Shown here piece by piece: positions 9,028 through 20,080 of a DNA stretch of 64,000 nt (positions are counted from its first letter, which is position 1; each line of letters opens with the position of its first letter). This DNA is from Candidatus Limnocylindrales bacterium (GTDB taxonomy: Bacteria > Chloroflexota > Limnocylindria > Limnocylindrales > CSP1-4): contig JBCLCL010000007.1 in assembly GCA_038915815.1 (NCBI GenBank), positions 26 through 64,025 of the forward strand. The letters are read 5' to 3'. The notes beneath the pieces were generated by a model. That model had not been told where the DNA came from and did not search any database. It worked only from the letters and a program-made list of their open reading frames with translations. A program made the translations under genes and the position numbers.

Positions 9028-9046
9028 GGCCGGCAAAACGCCGGCC
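9028..9046 (-). other. GC-rich hairpin between ftsZ and yggS
   Basis: GGCCGGC-GTTTT-GCCGGCC, a 7-bp stem 4 nt after the ftsZ stop; no U-tract follows. Confidence 0.4.
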
Positions 9047-9050
9047 GGGA

Positions 9051-10277
9051 TCACTTGCGGCGAAGGAAGGTCGGGATCTCGAGATCCTCGGCGTCGTAGG
9101 CCGGAGCCGCGCGCCGGGCCGACTCACCGACCGATCGCTCGACGCGCGGCACGGCCACGGCCGCCGCCTCCTCGTCATAGCGGGTCGAGCCGTAGCCGCC
9201 GGCCTCGGCGACCTCGTCGCGCTGGCGCTGCAACTCCTCGAGGAAGTCGCGCTCGCGGGTGGGGCGACCGGTCGCCGCCGAGTCCATCACGCCCGTCGCC
9301 TCGTGACGAACGGCCTGCTTCTTGCGTCCGCCATCGAAGCCCGTGGCGATGACCGTGATCATGACTTCGTCGCCGAGTCGCTCGTTGAAGCTCGCGCCGA
9401 AGATGATGTTGGCTTCGGGATCGGCCGCCGCGCGGATCTCCTCGGCCGCCTCGGTCACCTCGTACAGGCTCAGGGTGGACGAGCCGGTGATGTTGAACAG
9501 GATGCCCTGGGCGCCGGCGATGTCGACCTCCAGGAGCGGGCTGGCGATCGCCTGGCGGGCTGCCTCGACGGCGCGGTTCTCGCCCGAGGCGCGGCCGATC
9601 CCCATCAGCGCCGATCCGGCGTCCTTCATGATCGCGCGCACATCGGCGAAATCGAGGTTGATCAGGCCCGGCATCGTGATGATGTCGCTGATCCCCTGGA
9701 CGCCCTGGCGCAGGACGTCATCGACGACCCGGAACGCGTCAAGGATGCTCGTGTTCTTCTGGACGACGTCCTTGAGCCGGTCGTTCGGGATGGTGATCAG
9801 CGTATCGACCTGGGCCTTGAGCTCTTCGGCCGCGCGCTCGGCGATCAGCTTGCGACGGGCGCCCTCGAAGCCGAACGGTTTGGTCACCACGCCGATCGTC
9901 AAGGCCCCGCCTTCCTTGGCGATCTGGGCGATCACCGGGGCCGCCCCCGAGCCCGTTCCGCCCCCGAGCCCGGCGGTGATGAAGACCATGTCCGAATCGA
10001 CGAGGGCCTGGCTGATCTTCTCCGAATCCTCCTCGGCCGCACGCTGGCCGATGGTGGCATCGCCACCGGCGCCGAGACCGCGGGTGATCTTGTCGCCGAT
10101 CCGGATCTTGTGCGGGGCGTCCGCCTGGAGGAGCGCCTGCGCGTCCGTGTTGCAGGCGATGAACTCCACGCCCATCATCTCGGCCCGGATCATCCGGTTG
10201 ACCGCGTTGCTGCCCCCGCCCCCGACACCGATGACCCGGATCAGGGCGAAGTTCTCGGAATCGGAACGCAGCGGCAT
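9051..10277 (-). CDS. ftsZ: Cell division protein FtsZ
   Basis: [17 protein letters not shown], tubulin motif [18 protein letters not shown]-terminal EIPTFLR; ATG at 10277. Confidence 0.98.
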   Translation of the reverse strand: MPLRSDSENFALIRVIGVGGGGSNAVNRMIRAEMMGVEFIACNTDAQALLQADAPHKIRIGDKITRGLGAGGDATIGQRAAEEDSEKISQALVDSDMVFITAGLGGGTGSGAAPVIAQIAKEGGALTIGVVTKPFGFEGARRKLIAERAAEELKAQVDTLITIPNDRLKDVVQKNTSILDAFRVVDDVLRQGVQGISDIITMPGLINLDFADVRAIMKDAGSALMGIGRASGENRAVEAARQAIASPLLEVDIAGAQGILFNITGSSTLSLYEVTEAAEEIRAAADPEANIIFGASFNERLGDEVMITVIATGFDGGRKKQAVRHEATGVMDSAATGRPTRERDFLEELQRQRDEVAEAGGYGSTRYDEEAAAVAVPRVERSVGESARRAAPAYDAEDLEIPTFLRRK

Positions 10278-10382
10278 CGGGCTCTCCTCGGCGACCCGCG
10301 AGGGGTCATGGTCGATGACGTGAGGCGGTACGTCCCTGCCCGGTCGGCGCTCGCCACGGCTCGGTTCCGTGCAGGTCGGGAG

Positions 10383-10388
10383 AGTATA
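10383..10388 (-). promoter_or_regulatory. Internal -10 element upstream of ftsZ
   Basis: TATACT in the ftsA-ftsZ intergenic region. Confidence 0.5.
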
Positions 10389-10485
10389 GCGCCCGACCGC
10401 TGGCGCGGACACCTGATCTGGAGCGCAGCCGGGTCCGCACGATGACCAGCGGTGCCGGGAGGCACCACGCAGTCCCGCAGCCCAC

Positions 10486-11718
10486 CTACGGGAAGATGCT
10501 CCGGAGCGCCTCGCGCAGACGGCCGAGGACGCCTCTGGCCGGCGCCGATTCGTAGCGCTGGGGCTCGCCCGCCCCGAGGCTGGACGCACCCCACTGGAGC
10601 AACCCGACGGCCGTCGAGTAGCTCGGGTTGAGCAGGGTGTCGACGAGCCCTCCGATCCCCGAGGGTGCGGCGACCCGGACCTGCATCTGGAGGACCTCGC
10701 GACCGAGCTCCGCGACGCCCGCCAGCTGCGCAGCACCCCCGGTCAGGATGATCCCGCCCGGCAGCATCCCGACGCCGGCCGCCCGGATCTCGTTGCGCAT
10801 CAGCTCGAAGATCTCGCGCATCCGGGCCTCGATGATCTGGCAGACCTCGAGCCGGTTCACCGTCCGGCCGGCATCCTCACCCAGGACAGAGACACTGATC
10901 TCCTCGTCGTCGGTCACCGCGCGCAGGTCGCACGTCCCATGGCTGACCTTCAGCTCCTCGGCGACCTGCAGACTGGTCTTGAGCCCGATGGCGAGGTCGT
11001 TGGTCACGTTGGCGCCGCCGACCGGCAGGACCCGGGTGTGGAACGGCGAGCCGTCCTGGAAGAGCGCAAGATCGATCGTGCCGGCGCCGAAGTCGGCGAC
11101 TCCGACGCCAAGCTCCTTTTCGGTTTCGGTCAGGACCGCCTCCGCCGAAGCGAGCGAATCGACCACCAGCTCGTCGATCTTGACCCCGGCCGCGGCGACG
11201 CACTTGGACAGGTTCTGGACGGCGGTGGCCGAGGCGGTGACGATGTGGGTCTCCACCTCGAGGCGCAGGGCGCTCATCCCGAGCGGATCCTTGACTCCCT
11301 CCTGGCCGTCCACGGTGAAGCCCCGCCGCTCGACGTGGAGGACCTCCCGGTTCGACGGGATGGAGACGGCGCGGGCGACCTCGATCGCCCGGTTGACGTC
11401 CTCCCGGGTGACCTCGCGCTGATGCCCGGTGACCGCCACCTGGCCGGCCGAGTTGAGGCTCTCGACGTGCTGGCCGCCGACCCCGACGAAGGCGCGGTCG
11501 ATCTTCCAGCCCGACAGCCGCTCGGCGCGCTCGACCGCGTCGGCGATCGATCGGACGGTCTGGTCGATGTTGATCACCACGCCCTTCTTCAGCCCGGACG
11601 CGGGCACCGTGCCGTGACCTATGATCGTCAGCCGGCCGTCGCGACTCACCTCGCCGATGAGCGCGCAGACCTTGCTGGTGCCGACGTCGATGCCGACGAG
11701 GACCGCTTCTCGTTCCAC
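10486..11718 (-). CDS. ftsA: Cell division protein FtsA
   Basis: [41 protein letters not shown]. Confidence 0.97.
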   Translation of the reverse strand: MEREAVLVGIDVGTSKVCALIGEVSRDGRLTIIGHGTVPASGLKKGVVINIDQTVRSIADAVERAERLSGWKIDRAFVGVGGQHVESLNSAGQVAVTGHQREVTREDVNRAIEVARAVSIPSNREVLHVERRGFTVDGQEGVKDPLGMSALRLEVETHIVTASATAVQNLSKCVAAAGVKIDELVVDSLASAEAVLTETEKELGVGVADFGAGTIDLALFQDGSPFHTRVLPVGGANVTNDLAIGLKTSLQVAEELKVSHGTCDLRAVTDDEEISVSVLGEDAGRTVNRLEVCQIIEARMREIFELMRNEIRAAGVGMLPGGIILTGGAAQLAGVAELGREVLQMQVRVAAPSGIGGLVDTLLNPSYSTAVGLLQWGASSLGAGEPQRYESAPARGVLGRLREALRSIFP

Positions 11719-11748
11719 CGTGTCGTCCGTCTCCGTTCCGTGTCGGGC

Positions 11749-12072
11749 CTACAGGAAGTGGCGCCGGATGAGGGCCACGTTATTGAAGATGCGCAGTCCG
11801 AAGGTGATGAGCGCCACCAGGTAGAGATCCAGGCCAAGGCGATCGCCGATGAAGGTCAGGAGGACCGCCACGATCGCGTTGACCAGGAACCCGCTGATGA
11901 AGATCCGATTGTCGTAGACCCCGTCGAGCTCCGCCCGGACCGCGCCCAGGACCGAATCGAGCGCGGCGAGGATCGCCACGGCCGAGTAGCGGCTGAACTC
12001 GTAGCTGACGGTGACGTTGAGGATGAGGCCGCCCAACACGCCCACGAGGAGGCCGAGCAGCGGTAGCAGCAC
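11749..12072 (-). CDS. DUF1290 small basic family (Sbp-like) membrane protein
   Basis: YSAVAILAALDSVLGAVRA, FISGFLVNAIVA, GLRIFNNVALIRR. Confidence 0.9.
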   Translation of the reverse strand: MLLPLLGLLVGVLGGLILNVTVSYEFSRYSAVAILAALDSVLGAVRAELDGVYDNRIFISGFLVNAIVAVLLTFIGDRLGLDLYLVALITFGLRIFNNVALIRRHFL

Positions 12073-12167
12073 GTGGTGGTCGCCCTCGTTCCGGTGGTTT
12101 CGGCAAGGCTACTCGACCGCGCCTGAGCACGGCAACCCGCTGCGTGCCGACGGCCCCTCGCGGCTGG

Positions 12168-13070
12168 TCATGGCGACCCGCTGGGTGACGCGCTCGGGGC
12201 GACGCTGGGCTCCGGAGCGGGTGTCGGCGAGGACTTCGGCGAGGACTTCGGCACGTAGGTCCCGTCGGTCTCGGACGCGAGGATGACCCGGGCCACGAGT
12301 GGCTCGCGGCCGATCAGCAGGCTGCGCAGCAGGCGGACCTGGCCCGGGATCAGCTCGGTCGTTCGCAGGCTGGCCGTGTAGAAGCCGAAGACCGCCGTCC
12401 AGCCCTGCGGATCGGCCCGGACGACGAAGCCGTTCTCGTCGGTGACGCGGACCTGGAGCGCCTCGGCCGCGCTGCCGACGTCAGCCGGGACGAGCGAGGC
12501 CAGGCGGGTGGCGGCGTCGATATCCTGCGGATCGAGGCGCAGACCGATGGACAGTCCTGCCGACGCGGCGCGCCGGTCGTCGATGGTCGGCAGATCGGTG
12601 GCCTGCGGCGGTGTCTCGTCGCCCAGCCGACCGAACAGGTCGCCGGCTCCGTCGGCCAGGTAGCGCCGCGCGCCGACCTTCCAGACCAGGACCGGAACCG
12701 GCTCCCGCAGGGTGACCACGAGGGTCCCCGGAAGGTGCACCTCGACGCTGGCTTCCTCGACCGTCGACATGGCCTCGAGCGCTGCTCTGAGCGGCTCGGT
12801 CGAGAGCCGGAAGAGGTTCGCCCCCCGGACATCGCCCAATGCGTCCTCCACGGCGGCCGAGTCCGTGTAGACGGCGCCCTCCACCTGCAGGTGGGCGTAC
12901 TCGAAGGCGGATGAAGCACCGACCCCGTAGATCGCTCCAGCCGACGCGAGCATCGCCAGGGCGGCGCCGGCGCGGACGACCGAGAGACCGGCCGAGGCGC
13001 GCCGGATCGACCGTGTCCGCCGGATCGGGACGGGCACGCGCGTCCGTCGGGTGGCCGGTCCGCCGCTCAT
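12168..13070 (-). CDS. ftsQ: Cell division protein FtsQ/DivIB
   Basis: N-terminal TM, POTRA-like GANLFRLS..V..PGTLVVTLREPVP; located after ddl; ATG overlaps the ddl stop. Confidence 0.8.
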   Translation of the reverse strand: MSGGPATRRTRVPVPIRRTRSIRRASAGLSVVRAGAALAMLASAGAIYGVGASSAFEYAHLQVEGAVYTDSAAVEDALGDVRGANLFRLSTEPLRAALEAMSTVEEASVEVHLPGTLVVTLREPVPVLVWKVGARRYLADGAGDLFGRLGDETPPQATDLPTIDDRRAASAGLSIGLRLDPQDIDAATRLASLVPADVGSAAEALQVRVTDENGFVVRADPQGWTAVFGFYTASLRTTELIPGQVRLLRSLLIGREPLVARVILASETDGTYVPKSSPKSSPTPAPEPSVAPSASPSGSP

Positions 13071-14185
13071 CGGGGCAGGTCGTCCGGAGTCAGCCGCTGC
13101 CCGGCACGGGCCGCATGGCGCTCCAGGGCAAGCTCCACGATCCGGCTGCAGACCGCCCCGAAGGAGTACCCACCTTCGGCCGGGAGGGTCGGGAAGAGGC
13201 TGATCGGGGTGAAGCCCGGGATCGTGTTGATCTCGGACAGGAAGATCGCGGCACCGGCCAACAGGAAATCGATCCGGGCGAAGCCCTCCGCTCCCACGGC
13301 ACGATAGGCGTCGCGGGAGATCTTGAGGATCGAAGCTCGCTGCAGGTCGGTCAGCTCTGCGCGCGGCGAGGTCCGCGACAGGCCGGCCGTGTACTTCGCC
13401 TCGTAGTCGTAGAACTCGTGGCCGGAGACGACCTCGCCCGGGCCGTACAGTTCGAGGCGGGCCGGGTCGTTGCCGATGACCGAGACCTCCAGGTCGCGGG
13501 CACCGGGCAGGTAGGTCTCGGCCAGGACCAGCGAGTCGTAGCGGAAGGCGGTCTGTAGCGCGGCCTCGAGTTCGGACGGCCCGTGGACCAGGGTCATCCC
13601 GACGGAGCTGCCAAGGCGTGCCGGTTTGACCATCAGGCGCGGATCGGCGGCGCCGGCGACGAAGGCGGCCAGCTCCGCGCGGACGCCCGCCGGTTCCGCC
13701 GTCCAGCGCCTCGCCCGGACCTCGCGCCAGTCCACGACCGGCAGGCCGATCCCGCGACAGAGCCGCTTGAAGAGGGTCTTGTCCATCCCGATCGCCGACG
13801 CGGCCACGCCCGACCCGGTATAGGCCAGGCCGGCCGCCTCGAGCAGCGCCTGGACGGTGCCGTCCTCGCCGAACGGGCCGTGCAGGGCGATCGCCACCAC
13901 CGGGGCCGGCCGGCCCGAGGCGAGTCGATCGAGCGCCGCGCCGACGGCCAGGGGCCCGTCGGCCCCCAGGGTCGTCGGGCGGTCGTAGGCAGAGGCCGGT
14001 CGGTCGCCGCGCCGATGGTCCACCGGGAGCCACCACCAGGCGCCGTCGAGGTCGATCAGGACCTGCTCGACCGGGTGGCCCTCGCCGGCCAGCGCGGCCG
14101 CGATCGCCGTCCCCGAGACGATCGACACGTCGTGCTCGGCCGACGGTCCGCCGAGGAGGACCACAACCGGTGGCCGTTCGATCAC
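13067..14185 (-). CDS. ddl: D-alanine--D-alanine ligase
   Basis: GGPSAEHDVSIVSG, LHGPFGEDG, KPARLGSSVG, FYDYEAKY (Tyr form, D-Ala-D-Ala type), EINTIPG; GTG overlaps the murB stop. Confidence 0.96.
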   Translation of the reverse strand: MIERPPVVVLLGGPSAEHDVSIVSGTAIAAALAGEGHPVEQVLIDLDGAWWWLPVDHRRGDRPASAYDRPTTLGADGPLAVGAALDRLASGRPAPVVAIALHGPFGEDGTVQALLEAAGLAYTGSGVAASAIGMDKTLFKRLCRGIGLPVVDWREVRARRWTAEPAGVRAELAAFVAGAADPRLMVKPARLGSSVGMTLVHGPSELEAALQTAFRYDSLVLAETYLPGARDLEVSVIGNDPARLELYGPGEVVSGHEFYDYEAKYTAGLSRTSPRAELTDLQRASILKISRDAYRAVGAEGFARIDFLLAGAAIFLSEINTIPGFTPISLFPTLPAEGGYSFGAVCSRIVELALERHAARAGQRLTPDDLPR

Positions 14186-15132
14186 GCGGCCCTCCAGGTC
14201 GACCAATCGCCAACGAACTCGACCTCGAACTCGAGCCGGATGCCGGATCGAGCCTCGACCTCGGCCTGCACCCGCTCGGCGAGCCGGCGAACGTCGGCGG
14301 CACTCCCCTTCTGGTCGTTGACGATGAAGTTGGCGTGCTTTTCCGACACCGTCGCACCGCCGATCCGCAACCCCTTCAGACCCGCCGCGTCGATCAATCG
14401 ACCGGCCGAGTCGCCCGCCGGGTTGCGGAAGACGCTGCCGGCCGAGGGCAGGCCGATCGGCTGATGCGCCTGGCGCCAGCGCCGGATCTCGTCCAGACGC
14501 TCCTTGATCGCGTCAGGCTCGGCCGGGGAGAGTCGGAAGGTCGCCTCCAGGACCAGTTCGGACGGCGCCCCGGCGGGACCGTGCTTGAACCGGCTGTCGC
14601 GGTAGGCGAGACCAAGGTCTCGAGTCAGGACGACGGATTCCGTACCGTCGGCAGCGAGCACGCGCGCCGACTCCAGCACGAGTGCGACCTCGTTGTCATG
14701 GGCCCCCGCATTGGCCCAGATCGCCCCGCCGACCGTCCCGGGGATCGCCAACCCGAACTCGAGACCGGTCAGTCCGGCTCGCTGCGCCTCGGTCGCGGCG
14801 CGGGCCATCTGGACGCCCGACTCGGCGACGTAGCACTCGCCATCGACCCGTGAACCCTCGGCGCGAACCTGGATCACCAGGCCGCGCACGCCGTCATCGG
14901 AGATGACCAGGTCGCTGCCGCGACCAAGGATCAGGTGCGGGATCGCTCGGGCACGGGCGAATCGGACGAGGGCGCGCAGTTCGAACGCGTTGTGCGCCGT
15001 GGCGAACAGGTCGGCGGGGCCGCCCACGCGCATCGTGGTGAACCGCGCCAGCGGCTCGTCGCGCGAGGTCTTGACCCCGATCCGGCGCTGGATCTCGGTG
15101 CCGACGGCGATCGGATCGAAGGTCATCGTCAT
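14182..15132 (-). CDS. murB: UDP-N-acetylmuramate dehydrogenase
   Basis: TTMRVGGPA, LGRGSDL, IPGTVGGA..NAGA, SAGSVFRNP, VSEKHANFIVN. Confidence 0.96.
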   Translation of the reverse strand: MTMTFDPIAVGTEIQRRIGVKTSRDEPLARFTTMRVGGPADLFATAHNAFELRALVRFARARAIPHLILGRGSDLVISDDGVRGLVIQVRAEGSRVDGECYVAESGVQMARAATEAQRAGLTGLEFGLAIPGTVGGAIWANAGAHDNEVALVLESARVLAADGTESVVLTRDLGLAYRDSRFKHGPAGAPSELVLEATFRLSPAEPDAIKERLDEIRRWRQAHQPIGLPSAGSVFRNPAGDSAGRLIDAAGLKGLRIGGATVSEKHANFIVNDQKGSAADVRRLAERVQAEVEARSGIRLEFEVEFVGDWSTWRAA

Positions 15133-16289
15133 GCCACATCTCCGCGGGCGAGGCGCATGATCCACCCGGCGTCGGGCAGCGGCCGGCGCGCGGCTGCGGC
15201 CATCACGAGCTCAGCCACGGCATCGGCCGCGCCTGGCCGGCCGAGCGACCGGGCGGCCGCAGCCATCTCCGCGTGAGCGCGCGGATCGTCGAGGAGCGCT
15301 GCGGCGTCGAGCAGGGTTGCGGCATCGAACGCCGCGTCATCGATGAGCCTGGCGGCACCCGCCTCCATCAGCCTGGCGGCGTTGGTCCGCTGGTGGCCGG
15401 CGGCGTGTGGATACGGCACGACGATCATCGGCAGGCCGAGCGCGGCGGCCTCGGCCAGGGTGGAGGATCCGGCGCGCCCAACGACGAGGTCGGCGGCCGC
15501 CAGGGCCGATAGCATTTCGTCGCGCAGGAACGGGTACGGGCGGTAGCGACGGCGGACGGATTCGGGCAACGCCTCGCGGCCGGCGAGGGCCGCCGGGTAG
15601 CCGTCGTCTCCGGCCACGTGGATGACCGTCACCCGATCGACCAGTCGTCGTAGCGCCTCGGCGACCGCAGCATTGAAGCGGACGACGGTCTGCGAACCGC
15701 CGAAGATCAGCAGGACCCGCTCGCCCGGCGCGATCTCCAGACGCTGCCGCGCGGCCTCGCGGTCGATCCCGCGAACCTCCCGGATCGGGGTGCCGGTCAC
15801 GAAACAGGGCCGGCCCGGCGCCGCCGTGGCGAGGGCGGAACAGGTCGCCTCGAAGGAGGCCGCGAGCACACTGGCCAGGCGCGCCGTCGCACGAACGGCC
15901 CGCCCGGGGATGACGTTGCCGTCCCACAGCACGACCGGGATCCCCAGCGGCGCCGCGGCGAGGAGCACCGGAACCGTCACGAACCCTCCGGTGGTGAAGA
16001 TCGCGGCTGGGCGCTCGCGGATCAGGATGGCCGCCGCCTGCGGCAGCGATGCCGCCAGGCGGATCGGGTCGAGGATGGCGTGGACGTCCGCCGCGGCCGT
16101 CCGCAACGAACGCGCCGCGAGGCGACGGAGCGCGATGCCGGCGGCCGGGACGAGACCCGCCTCCAGCCCGCGGTGGCCGCCCAGCCAGCTCAGCTCGGGA
16201 GCGTCAGGACGGGCGCGAAGCGACCGAGCGACGGCGAGCGCCGGGTAGATGTGTCCGCCCGTCCCGCCGCCCGCGATCAGCACTCGCAT
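15129..16289 (-). CDS. murG: Lipid II GlcNAc transferase MurG
   Basis: AGGGTGGHIYPALA, TGTPIR, FGGSQ, RAGSSTLAE, HQRTNA. Confidence 0.96.
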   Translation of the reverse strand: MRVLIAGGGTGGHIYPALAVARSLRARPDAPELSWLGGHRGLEAGLVPAAGIALRRLAARSLRTAAADVHAILDPIRLAASLPQAAAILIRERPAAIFTTGGFVTVPVLLAAAPLGIPVVLWDGNVIPGRAVRATARLASVLAASFEATCSALATAAPGRPCFVTGTPIREVRGIDREAARQRLEIAPGERVLLIFGGSQTVVRFNAAVAEALRRLVDRVTVIHVAGDDGYPAALAGREALPESVRRRYRPYPFLRDEMLSALAAADLVVGRAGSSTLAEAAALGLPMIVVPYPHAAGHQRTNAARLMEAGAARLIDDAAFDAATLLDAAALLDDPRAHAEMAAAARSLGRPGAADAVAELVMAAAARRPLPDAGWIMRLARGDVA

Positions 16290-17517
16290 CGTTGTTCCAT
16301 GTCCCCTTCTCCACGGTCTCGCGGGAGATCGAAAGCAGGATCCCGACCGCCGCGAAACTGATGATCAGCGATGAGCCGCCGGCACTGATGAACGGCAGGG
16401 TGATCCCGGTGATCGGCAGCAGCGCGACGACGACCCCGATGTTGAGGAACGCCTGGAGGCAGAGCCAGGCCGTGATGCCGGCCGCCAGGAGGGCGCCGAA
16501 GGTATCGGGCGCTGCCAGCGCGACTCGCACACCAGAGTACGCCAGGATCAGGAAGAGGCCGATGACCGCGATCGAGCCGACCAGTCCGAACTCCTGGCCG
16601 ACCTCGGCGAAGATGAAGTCGTTGAACGCGTTCGGGACGAAGATCTTGCTCGCTCCGAGGCCGGTCCCGAACAAGCCGCCGACACCCAGGGCCAGCAACC
16701 CCTGGACCGTGTGGAAGCCGTCGCCCAGGGGGTCGAGCCAGGGGTTCTGCCAGATCCGGATCCGATCCAGCTGGTAACCGCGGAGCCCGACCACGATCAT
16801 GGCCGTGATCGCCGCGGCGGCCATGCCGCCAAGATGGAACAGGTTGGCGCCGGCCACGAAGAACATCGTGAACGCGGTCACGGCGAGGACACCGCTCGTC
16901 CCCAGATCCGGCTCCTTGAAGACGAGGGCGATGATCGGCGCGGCGATCAGCATGAACGGGATGGTCCCCGACCGCAGGCTCCGCACCCGGTGGCCGCGTC
17001 CGGCGAACCAGTGGGCGAGGTAGATGACCATCGCCAGCTTGGCGACCTCGGCCGGATGGATCACCGGCAGCGGCCCGAGCCGCAGCCAGCGCGCCGACCC
17101 ACCGACCACGATGTTGAGGTCGGGCACGAAGACCAGGACGAGCAGGACGACCGCCAGCGCATAGAACGGCACCGAGACGAGGCGCAGGTAGCGGTAGTCG
17201 ACGCGCATCATCACGACCATGGCGACCATCCCCAGGATCGCCCACTGGATCTGCGGCCCGACCGTGGCGAACGTGTCGGCGTCCTGCGACAGATAGCCCT
17301 TGAGCGCCGAGGATGAGTAGACCATCAGGATGCCGAGCGCGGTCAGGGCGACGACCACGACCAGGATCATGTAGTCGGCCTGGTGCCGCTCGCGCCGGAC
17401 GGCTCCGGCGCGACTCTTGACCGGCGTCCGGTTGACCATCGTCACGCGCGGTTCGACGGCCGGCTCGTCACCCTGTCGAAGTCGGCCCGGCCGAGGGATC
17501 GAAGGGGTCAGATTCAT
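16204..17517 (-). CDS. ftsW: Peptidoglycan polymerase FtsW (SEDS family)
   Basis: GSARWLRLG, PAEVAK, EPDLGT, DFIFA, TLPFISAGGSS; the C-terminus overlaps the murG start by 86 nt. Confidence 0.95.
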   Translation of the reverse strand: MNLTPSIPRPGRLRQGDEPAVEPRVTMVNRTPVKSRAGAVRRERHQADYMILVVVVALTALGILMVYSSSALKGYLSQDADTFATVGPQIQWAILGMVAMVVMMRVDYRYLRLVSVPFYALAVVLLVLVFVPDLNIVVGGSARWLRLGPLPVIHPAEVAKLAMVIYLAHWFAGRGHRVRSLRSGTIPFMLIAAPIIALVFKEPDLGTSGVLAVTAFTMFFVAGANLFHLGGMAAAAITAMIVVGLRGYQLDRIRIWQNPWLDPLGDGFHTVQGLLALGVGGLFGTGLGASKIFVPNAFNDFIFAEVGQEFGLVGSIAVIGLFLILAYSGVRVALAAPDTFGALLAAGITAWLCLQAFLNIGVVVALLPITGITLPFISAGGSSLIISFAAVGILLSISRETVEKGTWNNDASADRGRRDGRTHLPGARRRSVASRPS

Positions 17518-19106
17518 CGGTCGGCCGCCCGCGTCCGCTCCGCGCCCAGCACGGCCACGGCGGCCTTGAATGCCCGCCCGCGCGCGGCGTAGTCGACGAA
17601 CATGTCGAAGCTCGCGGCAGCCGGGCTCAGCAGCACCGTCGCCGGGCCGGCCGCGGGGCTGCCGTCGGGCGTCCGCACCAGCAGGGCCTCGCGAGCGATG
17701 GCATCGGCGCGCCGGACCGCCGTTTCGAGGTCCACCGCTCGTTCCGTCCGAGCCAGCCCGGCCGACCGGAAACTGGCCTCGAGGTCCGGGCCGCTCTCGC
17801 CGATCAGGACCGCGGCGACGGCCCGCTCGGCGACCACCGGCGCGAGTGCGTCGAGATCCAGGCCCTTGGCGCGGCCACCCGCGATCAGCACGATCGGCGG
17901 GTCGAACGCTCGCAACGCGGCGGCCACGGCGTCCGGCTGCGTTCCCTGCGAATCGTTGACGAAGCGAACGCCGTCGATCAGGGCGACCCGTTCGAGCCGG
18001 TGCTCGACGCCTTCGAAGGCGGTCGCGGCCCGCCGGATGGCATCCGGCGCGACGCCGAAGAGCAGCGCGACGCCGATCGCCGCGAGGGCGTTGGAGACGT
18101 TATGGGCGCCCGGGATCGCCAACTCGGAGACCGGCATGATCCGCCCCTCCGGCCCGGTCGCCGCGATCCCCCCGCCCGACAGCTGCAGGCGCTCCAGACC
18201 CGCCGACACGATCCAGCCATCGATCACGCCGACGCCGCCGGGCAGGGGTCGCTCGCGCCGGTAGAGCACGGACCGCGCCGCGCCCAGGCCGGCATACGAG
18301 GCGACAACCGGATCCTCGGCGTTGAGCACGAGGGCCCCATCCGGATCCACCAGCTCGGCCAGGCGACCCTTCACTCGCCGGTAGGCATCGACGGTGCCGT
18401 GGCGGTCCAGGTGGTCGACCGTGACGTTGGTGTAGACGGCCACCGTGGTGCCCCGCGACAGGGTCGGCAGCTGCAGCTCCGAAAGCTCATCGACGACGCG
18501 GTGATCGGGGGTCAGCTCCAGCAGTCGCTCGATGATCGGGATCCCGATGTTGCCACCCAGGACCACCGAGTGGCGCGGGTCGGCGGCGAGCAGTGCCGCG
18601 ATGAGCGACGCGGTCGTGGTCTTGCCCTTCGTGCCGGTCACCCCGACCGTCGGTGCCGGACAGAGGCGCAGGAAGAGGTCGGCCTCCGAAACGAGGGCCG
18701 GAGCGGTCGGGTCGCCGGCGGCACGACCTGCGACCAACGCCTGGAGGGCCGCTCGCAGGCGTGGTTCGGTCGTCGGGTAGTCGGGCGTGATGGAAGGCGA
18801 GGTCGCGACCAGCTCCGCTCCGACCCAGGTCGATGCCGGGTCCACCGCCGAGCCGAGCGCCAGCGCCACCGACCGGCCCTCGAGCGCCTCGAGCGCCTCG
18901 ATCGCCGGGCCCAGTTCGCCGGCCTCCCGACCGTCATAGACCGTCACCCGCGCCCCGGCGCCGGACAGGAAACGAGCAAGCGCCAAACCGCTGCGGGCCA
19001 GCCCCAGGACCGTCACCGGCCGGTCCCGCAGGGCTCCGCCACGGATCGCCTCCAGGGTCAGGCCGTTCAGCTCGATGGGGCGGACCGGCGTCGCCATCGC
19101 CGTCAC
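17514..19106 (-). CDS. murD: UDP-MurNAc-L-Ala--D-glutamate ligase
   Basis: GLARSG, VTGTKGKTTT, ELSELQL, HRLERV, NDSQGT, LLSPAAASFDMF; GTG 19106 (or ATG 19097). Confidence 0.96.
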   Translation of the reverse strand: MTAMATPVRPIELNGLTLEAIRGGALRDRPVTVLGLARSGLALARFLSGAGARVTVYDGREAGELGPAIEALEALEGRSVALALGSAVDPASTWVGAELVATSPSITPDYPTTEPRLRAALQALVAGRAAGDPTAPALVSEADLFLRLCPAPTVGVTGTKGKTTTASLIAALLAADPRHSVVLGGNIGIPIIERLLELTPDHRVVDELSELQLPTLSRGTTVAVYTNVTVDHLDRHGTVDAYRRVKGRLAELVDPDGALVLNAEDPVVASYAGLGAARSVLYRRERPLPGGVGVIDGWIVSAGLERLQLSGGGIAATGPEGRIMPVSELAIPGAHNVSNALAAIGVALLFGVAPDAIRRAATAFEGVEHRLERVALIDGVRFVNDSQGTQPDAVAAALRAFDPPIVLIAGGRAKGLDLDALAPVVAERAVAAVLIGESGPDLEASFRSAGLARTERAVDLETAVRRADAIAREALLVRTPDGSPAAGPATVLLSPAAASFDMFVDYAARGRAFKAAVAVLGAERTRAADR

Positions 19107-20080
19107 CGCAGCCGATCCAGCGATGCCAGGAAAAGGGTGACCCCGAGCATCGCCGCCAGGATGCCCAGGATCCAGAACCGGATCGTGATCTTCTCCTCGT
19201 CCCAGCCGGCCAGCTCGAAATGGTGATGGATCGGGCTCATCCGGAGGAGTCGCCGGCCGCCACTGACCTTGAACCACGCCACCTGGAGGATCACCGACCC
19301 CGTCTCGATCACGAAGATGATCCCGATCAGTGGGAGGACCAGGATCTGACCGGTGATCAGCGCGGTGACCGCCAGGGTCGCCCCGAGGGCGAGCGCCCCG
19401 GAATCGCCGATGAAGATCTGGGCCGGGTGGACGTTGAACCAGAGGAAGCCGAGCAGGGCGCCGATGATCAGGGCACACAGGAGGGCCAGGTTCGGCTGTG
19501 CCGGGTCGTTCAGCAGGGCGATCAGCAGGAAAGCCACGAAGGCGATCGCCACCGTCCCGCCGGACAGGCCGTCGAGACCGTCGGTGATGTTGACCCCGTT
19601 CGCGGTGGCGACGATGGCGAATGCCGCGAAAACGACATAGACCCGCGGATCGATCGCGACGGCGCCGACGAACGGCACCGCGATCGCGGTGATGTCATAG
19701 GTCTGCTGGATCTGCCATGCGGCGATGATCGCGACCGCCGTCAGCCAGAGCAGCTTCCAGCGCGCCTTGATCCCCTCCCCGGTGCGGGCGTTGAGGTAGT
19801 CGTCGAACGCGCCCAGGATGCCAACGCCGGCGAGGGCCGCCAGCGGAGCGAAGGTCGCGGCGTCCGCTTCGCGCAGGAAGAAGTAGATCGCCAGGACGAC
19901 CCCGACGATGAGCAGGCCGCCCATCGTCGGGGTCCCTTCCTTGAGGTAGTGCGTCTCCGGACCCTCGCGCCGGATCCGCTTGCCGAAACCGAGGACCTGC
20001 AGCAGTCGGATGTACGGCGCCATCAGGATCACCACGATCGCGAATGCCAGGAGCAGTCCCTGGATCAGCTCCACGGTCAC
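19103..20080 (-). CDS. mraY: Phospho-N-acetylmuramoyl-pentapeptide transferase
   Basis: KEGTPTMGG, GAFDD, NGVNITDGLDGL, IFIGDSG, MSPIHHHFEL. Confidence 0.97.
   Translation of the reverse strand: MTVELIQGLLLAFAIVVILMAPYIRLLQVLGFGKRIRREGPETHYLKEGTPTMGGLLIVGVVLAIYFFLREADAATFAPLAALAGVGILGAFDDYLNARTGEGIKARWKLLWLTAVAIIAAWQIQQTYDITAIAVPFVGAVAIDPRVYVVFAAFAIVATANGVNITDGLDGLSGGTVAIAFVAFLLIALLNDPAQPNLALLCALIIGALLGFLWFNVHPAQIFIGDSGALALGATLAVTALITGQILVLPLIGIIFVIETGSVILQVAWFKVSGGRRLLRMSPIHHHFELAGWDEEKITIRFWILGILAAMLGVTLFLASLDRLR

Noticed and set aside
12168-14357. Apparent N-terminal extensions or fusions in the ORF track (ftsQ, ftsZ, murD, murF, rsmH, sucC, DUF1015, E2)
   Set aside because: The extensions overlap other real genes or promoters, and downstream starts with SD or NTGA coupling fit better.
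16204-16289. 86-nt ftsW/murG overlap as a frameshift
   Set aside because: Both proteins are complete, and such overlaps are common in GC-rich dcw clusters.
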